The position numbers were made by a program, and so were the translations under genes. A model generated the notes under the pieces. The model saw only the letters and a list, made by a program, of their open reading frames with translations, did not search any database and was not told the origin of the DNA. A stretch of 64,000 nucleotides of DNA from a virus: the UHGV virus genome UHGV-0010228; one strand, given 5' to 3'. Numbering within the stretch: position 1 is the stretch's first letter; the number at the start of each line of letters is the position of its first letter. Below are positions 60,601 to 64,000 of the stretch, piece by piece.

Positions 60601-62358
60601 ATGTTAGATAAGACAATTTATAATGACGTTGTAGGTAATGCTCAGTATGCAGATTCAGATGCTGGGTTTAAGTCAGAAGTTAGATCAATCTTCGAAGCAT
60701 ATGCTAATGAAGGTGTTAACCTGACTGACAATATCGGATCTGTAATTTCAGATGCACATCTTAGAGAAGACTTCATAGGTTCTATCTGCGAATCACTCGC
60801 AGCTTCACCTCTCTTCACTAATGCTGATGCTGCAAATGCACCTTTCTATAACAACTATGGTGCAAGAGTTGAGCAGTTACTTAGCAACACACTTAAGTCT
60901 GTAGCTGCAGAATCTGTAATGTATGGTTATGCTCCTATCGTTGCATACAACCCATTCTTCCTCAAGAAGCAGTGGATCGATTGTATCTTCAAGGATGTCC
61001 TCATGACAGAAATTCCTAAGACTCCAGTTATCAATCTCGGTTTCGAGAGAAGATATCTTAAGGATCTTGATGGTGAAAGATATCCACTTCCAGAAGCTCT
61101 CTATGATGATGAAATCGTAAAGAAGCTCATGGATGCATCAACTGGTCTTAACCTTACAGAAGAAGCAATTGATATTAATGATTGTAAGCAGCTTTATCTT
61201 ATAGATCAGAAGTATATCCCAGGCGTTAATGTAAATGATAAGTCAGTAGAAATCACTCCAAATATTTGTGTTTGGAAGGTTATGCTTGCTGGTGCAGATG
61301 GCGAAATCGAACTTCCGGTAAACATGACAGTTGATGTTACTACTCATAACTTCATTAATACTTCAATCAAGTTTGATGTAAAGGATGAAACTACTGGTGA
61401 AGTTAAGGAAACAATTGAAGATCAGCTCGTTGGTCATATGAACTTCAGAGATGCTAAGCTCACTCTTATGTCAACAACTGGTAAGGTTACAAAGGTATTC
61501 CTTAGAGGTAAAATTGCAAATAGATGGAACCAGAGATCACTGGATGTAGAAAGAACTGTAGAACACATTCAGAAGACAATGCCAGAATCTGGTCCAAGAC
61601 TGAACTCTTCAATCACTGTTGAAGATGCTGCAGATGCACTTGCTCTTCAGAATATTGACCAGATCTCAGATAACATCAATATCATGGGTGCTACTCTGGC
61701 TAACCTGGAAGATGCTGAAATTAATATGTTCCTTAAGAACTCATTTGAAGCTCAGAAGAAGGTTGCTGAAACAGGCGTTCTTTACAATGAACTTGGTGAT
61801 AATGTAATGATCGCTGAAGGTAACTTCAATACTCTTCCATATGAAACATTCAATGGTAGAATTTCTGAATGGCAGAAGGATGCAAGAGAATACTTCGAAA
61901 GAATGCTCTCTGCTCTTAAGATTAAGCTCCGTTCTCAGAATATGCTCTTCGTTGCAGTTTCACATCCAAATACTGTTAGATATCTCCAGGATGGTATCAA
62001 CTGGGTATTCTCAGATGACACTCAGATCGGCGGTGTAAGACTTAACTATAACTTTGGTATTTACACAACTGCACAGGATAGAGTTCATATCGTAACAACT
62101 CAGAGAATGGCTGAATCTGAAGGTATTAGATTCATTGGTATCCCTCTGACTCAGGAACTCATCACATTCAAGCACTATAAGTACAATGTAATTATTGATA
62201 GAGGATACAGAAACCCTCTGACTCCTCTCACTCCAAATATTATGGCTACTCAGAGAACTCTCACATTTGAAATATTCCCAGTTCAGGGTGTAATGACAAT
62301 TGAGGGTAGAGAACTCTTCTCACCTGATAGCCTTAAGAGAAAGACTGTTACGCCCTAA
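60601..62358 (+). CDS. major capsid protein candidate (T4 gp23-like), with predicted N-terminal propeptide
   Basis: AAAAGGAGGAAA RBS; elevated GC3/codon bias typical of a highly expressed gene; KYNVIIDRGYRNPLTPLTP ~ T4 gp23 KYRVYIDQYA...ALTPL and VMYGYAPIVAYNPFFL ~ gp23 VMGMVRRAIPNLIAF; AYANE|GVN fits protease site. Confidence 0.6.
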   Translation: MLDKTIYNDVVGNAQYADSDAGFKSEVRSIFEAYANEGVNLTDNIGSVISDAHLREDFIGSICESLAASPLFTNADAANAPFYNNYGARVEQLLSNTLKSVAAESVMYGYAPIVAYNPFFLKKQWIDCIFKDVLMTEIPKTPVINLGFERRYLKDLDGERYPLPEALYDDEIVKKLMDASTGLNLTEEAIDINDCKQLYLIDQKYIPGVNVNDKSVEITPNICVWKVMLAGADGEIELPVNMTVDVTTHNFINTSIKFDVKDETTGEVKETIEDQLVGHMNFRDAKLTLMSTTGKVTKVFLRGKIANRWNQRSLDVERTVEHIQKTMPESGPRLNSSITVEDAADALALQNIDQISDNINIMGATLANLEDAEINMFLKNSFEAQKKVAETGVLYNELGDNVMIAEGNFNTLPYETFNGRISEWQKDAREYFERMLSALKIKLRSQNMLFVAVSHPNTVRYLQDGINWVFSDDTQIGGVRLNYNFGIYTTAQDRVHIVTTQRMAESEGIRFIGIPLTQELITFKHYKYNVIIDRGYRNPLTPLTPNIMATQRTLTFEIFPVQGVMTIEGRELFSPDSLKRKTVTP

Positions 62359-62359
62359 C
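62353..62359 (+). promoter_or_regulatory. candidate programmed +1 ribosomal frameshift site CCC_UAA_C
   Basis: last sense codon CCC (Pro) followed by UAA; +1 frame reads CCU AAC and is open for 364 codons beginning with a Pro/Thr linker. Confidence 0.5.
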
Positions 62360-63448
62360 CCGCCAGTAGACCCAGATCCAACGCCAAGCAACCCAGATAC
62401 TTCTGCAATGGTTGATGGTACAGAATACGGTACTGTACAGGAGGCGTTAGATGCAGTGGAAGCTGGCAAACCAGTAACCGTAAAGCTCTTCAAGGATACT
62501 GAAACTCCAGTTACAGTAAAGAAGGGTACAAATGTAACACTTGATCTCAATGATACTCTTATGACTGGTACTACAGATGCTGCTATTACAGTAGAAGATG
62601 GTGCCGAATTAACAATTAAGGGTACAGGTATAATTGATGCTGGTACAGCACCTAAGAAAGCGGCAATTGTAAACAAGGGTACAATGTCTATTCTCGGTGG
62701 TACAATTACTAGATCAGAAGAAACTGGTACTGCTTCAAACGTATCAGGAAAGAATAGCTACTATGCTATATATAATACAGGTACTATCAAAGAAATTGGT
62801 AAGGATGCCGTAATCACAAATACTTCAGGTTATTCTTCACTCATTTGCTGTATAGGTACAGCAGATAAGCCTGCTAGAATTGATAAGATTACTGGCGGTA
62901 GATTTACTAATAACTTCGTAGTACTTAAGATGGATGATTATTCATCTCTCGGAGAAATTAGTGGCGGTACATTCATTAATAACCAGGATGACTTTAATAA
63001 GGGTCCATCTGCTACAATCTTAGCATATGGTCCAATTGATAAGATCAGTGGTGGTACATTTGAATGTAAGGCTGAAACACCTGTAAAGGTATTTGGTTAC
63101 TATGACACATCTGCAAAGGTTTGTCAGACAGGTGTAATTAAGGAAATAACTGGTGGTACATTCAAGACTGGTCTCATGGAAACATGTGGATCATTATCTG
63201 CATCAGTACATCCGGTTAGCATTAATGATATTGATAAGTTTACAGACTTACCATCTGTTAAATCAATTACTGGTGGTACATTCATTGGTAATGTATTTAC
63301 AGAAAACGGTGGTGTTATTGAAGGTATTGCTGGAGGTTCATTCACTCTTAGAGATGCTGAGTCTGAAAAGGCTATGGAAGCATTCTTAAAGGACGGATGT
63401 AAACTTTCAGGTGGTAACGACAATAAGTGGACTGTTGCTCTCGGATAA
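62354..63448 (+). CDS. +1-frame C-terminal extension of the capsid protein: Pro/Thr-rich linker plus GGTF-repeat (beta-helix-like) domain
   Basis: frame +1 relative to 60601 ORF; no ATG/RBS of its own (track start is TTG inside upstream gene); begins NPPVDPDPTPSNPDTS; six repeats of [IS]-[TSA]-GG-[TRS]-F (KITGGRF, EISGGTF, KISGGTF, EITGGTF, SITGGTF, GIAGGSF). Confidence 0.5.
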   Translation, partial: PNPPVDPDPTPSNPDTSAMVDGTEYGTVQEALDAVEAGKPVTVKLFKDTETPVTVKKGTNVTLDLNDTLMTGTTDAAITVEDGAELTIKGTGIIDAGTAPKKAAIVNKGTMSILGGTITRSEETGTASNVSGKNSYYAIYNTGTIKEIGKDAVITNTSGYSSLICCIGTADKPARIDKITGGRFTNNFVVLKMDDYSSLGEISGGTFINNQDDFNKGPSATILAYGPIDKISGGTFECKAETPVKVFGYYDTSAKVCQTGVIKEITGGTFKTGLMETCGSLSASVHPVSINDIDKFTDLPSVKSITGGTFIGNVFTENGGVIEGIAGGSFTLRDAESEKAMEAFLKDGCKLSGGNDNKWTVALG

Positions 63449-63457
63449 ATAAAAAAT

Positions 63458-63495
63458 AAAGATAGAATGAGGAAATCCTCATTCTATCTTTTTAT
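63458..63495. terminator. bidirectional terminator
   Basis: aaagatagaatgaggaaatcctcattctatcttt flanked by A-run and T-run. Confidence 0.7.
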
Positions 63496-63504
63496 CTTAT
63501 AGAT

Positions 63505-63723
63505 TTACAGCAAATAGCATATTCCTAATAATATACAAAATGCTGTACAGAAAATATACCATCCATTACAATAATACAATTTAGGATTATTAGCTATATT
63601 TTCTTTATCTACAAATTTTATAAGTATAATAGATGTTAACCATCTAAATGACTTATAAAATGATATAAATACGATCACTGCAATTATTAAATAGCAAGTT
63701 AATACTATTAATAGAGATGCCAT
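63505..63723 (-). CDS. small two-TM membrane protein
   Basis: 72 aa; GGAGGGG RBS on minus strand; LLIVLTCYLIIAVIVFISF and IFCTAFCILLGICYLL. Confidence 0.45.
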   Translation of the reverse strand: MASLLIVLTCYLIIAVIVFISFYKSFRWLTSIILIKFVDKENIANNPKLYYCNGWYIFCTAFCILLGICYLL

Positions 63724-63989
63724 TACTCTTCCCCTCCATTGATCATTTCAGAAATAGCCTCAGCTAATTTATTTACCTCATGCATATATCTATCAGTTTC
63801 TCTAGGCATATGTATTGATGGTAATGACGAATCCAATGGTATTACAGAATAGTGATCATATTCTGCAACCACAGTAAAGAATTTACCACCAACACTAATG
63901 TTGAAGGTAGATCCTGGTGCGTTGGCAATACCAACCTTTAATGAACTAAGTGCTGCGCCGTACATTCCATCTTTAGATGACTTACTCAT
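63723..63989 (-). CDS. hypothetical protein
   Basis: 88 aa ORF adjacent to window end; upstream region outside window. Confidence 0.4.
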   Translation of the reverse strand: MSKSSKDGMYGAALSSLKVGIANAPGSTFNISVGGKFFTVVAEYDHYSVIPLDSSLPSIHMPRETDRYMHEVNKLAEAISEMINGGEE

Positions 63990-64000
63990 AATTTAATTCC

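Noticed and set aside
1-64000. Searched for tRNA (GTTCGAATC-type T-arms), rRNA, CRISPR repeats, integrase, transposase and homing-endonuclease (GIY-YIG/HNH/LAGLIDADG) signatures
   Set aside because: None were found by eye. The intron is ORF-less, and no regularly spaced direct repeats are present.

Overview
AT-rich (roughly 30% GC) 64-kb segment of a large tailed bacteriophage genome. It resembles the jumbo phages that encode their own multisubunit RNA polymerase. Nearly every gene carries an AGGAGG-type Shine-Dalgarno, which points to a low-GC Gram-positive host. About 65 protein-coding genes run in frequently alternating orientation. Most transcription units end in a clear stem-loop plus T-run terminator, and many of these are bidirectional.

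Products recognisable from motifs:
- A type IIA topoisomerase pair, GyrB-like (GHKL plus TOPRIM EGDSA/DxD) and GyrA-like (AAMRYTE active-site Tyr).
- A GroEL-like chaperonin carrying GDGTTT.
- The C-terminal part of a family B DNA polymerase. It has KxxxNSxYG, YTDTDS and KKRY but no motif A or exonuclease part in this window.
- The N-terminal half of an RNA polymerase beta-prime homologue. Its coding sequence is interrupted, exactly inside the catalytic DxDGD codons, by a 402-nt ORF-less group I intron. Matches to the conserved R (GAGACTA) and S (GATAGTCC) core elements are visible.
- A secreted N-acetylglucosaminidase lysin with two small membrane proteins downstream.
- A T4 gp21-like prohead protease.
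- A T4 gp23-like major capsid protein. Its 3' end has a CCC-UAA-C site where a +1 frameshift would fuse a Pro/Thr linker and a GGTF-repeat domain.
- A 1469-aa protein with two PQQ-type beta-propellers.
- A P-loop kinase-like protein and an HExxH metalloprotease-like protein.

The most unusual feature is a set of at least three paralogous gene families of 12 or more genes, mostly within 43-60 kb around the prohead protease. They share short N-terminal leaders (MFDLYNTLESYNI; MG[IL]LSDF; MNDIIVMEGLISK). They also share a recurring [A/S/V]-x-E | G-[IL]-[IL]-x-K motif that fits the S/A/G-x-E cleavage consensus of giant-phage prohead proteases. The same leader and promoter blocks are repeated upstream of the members. 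One member carries an 11-nt homopolymeric G/C tract. These look like a diversifying set of protease-processed internal head or ejected proteins.

No tRNA, rRNA, CRISPR, integrase or transposase was seen.
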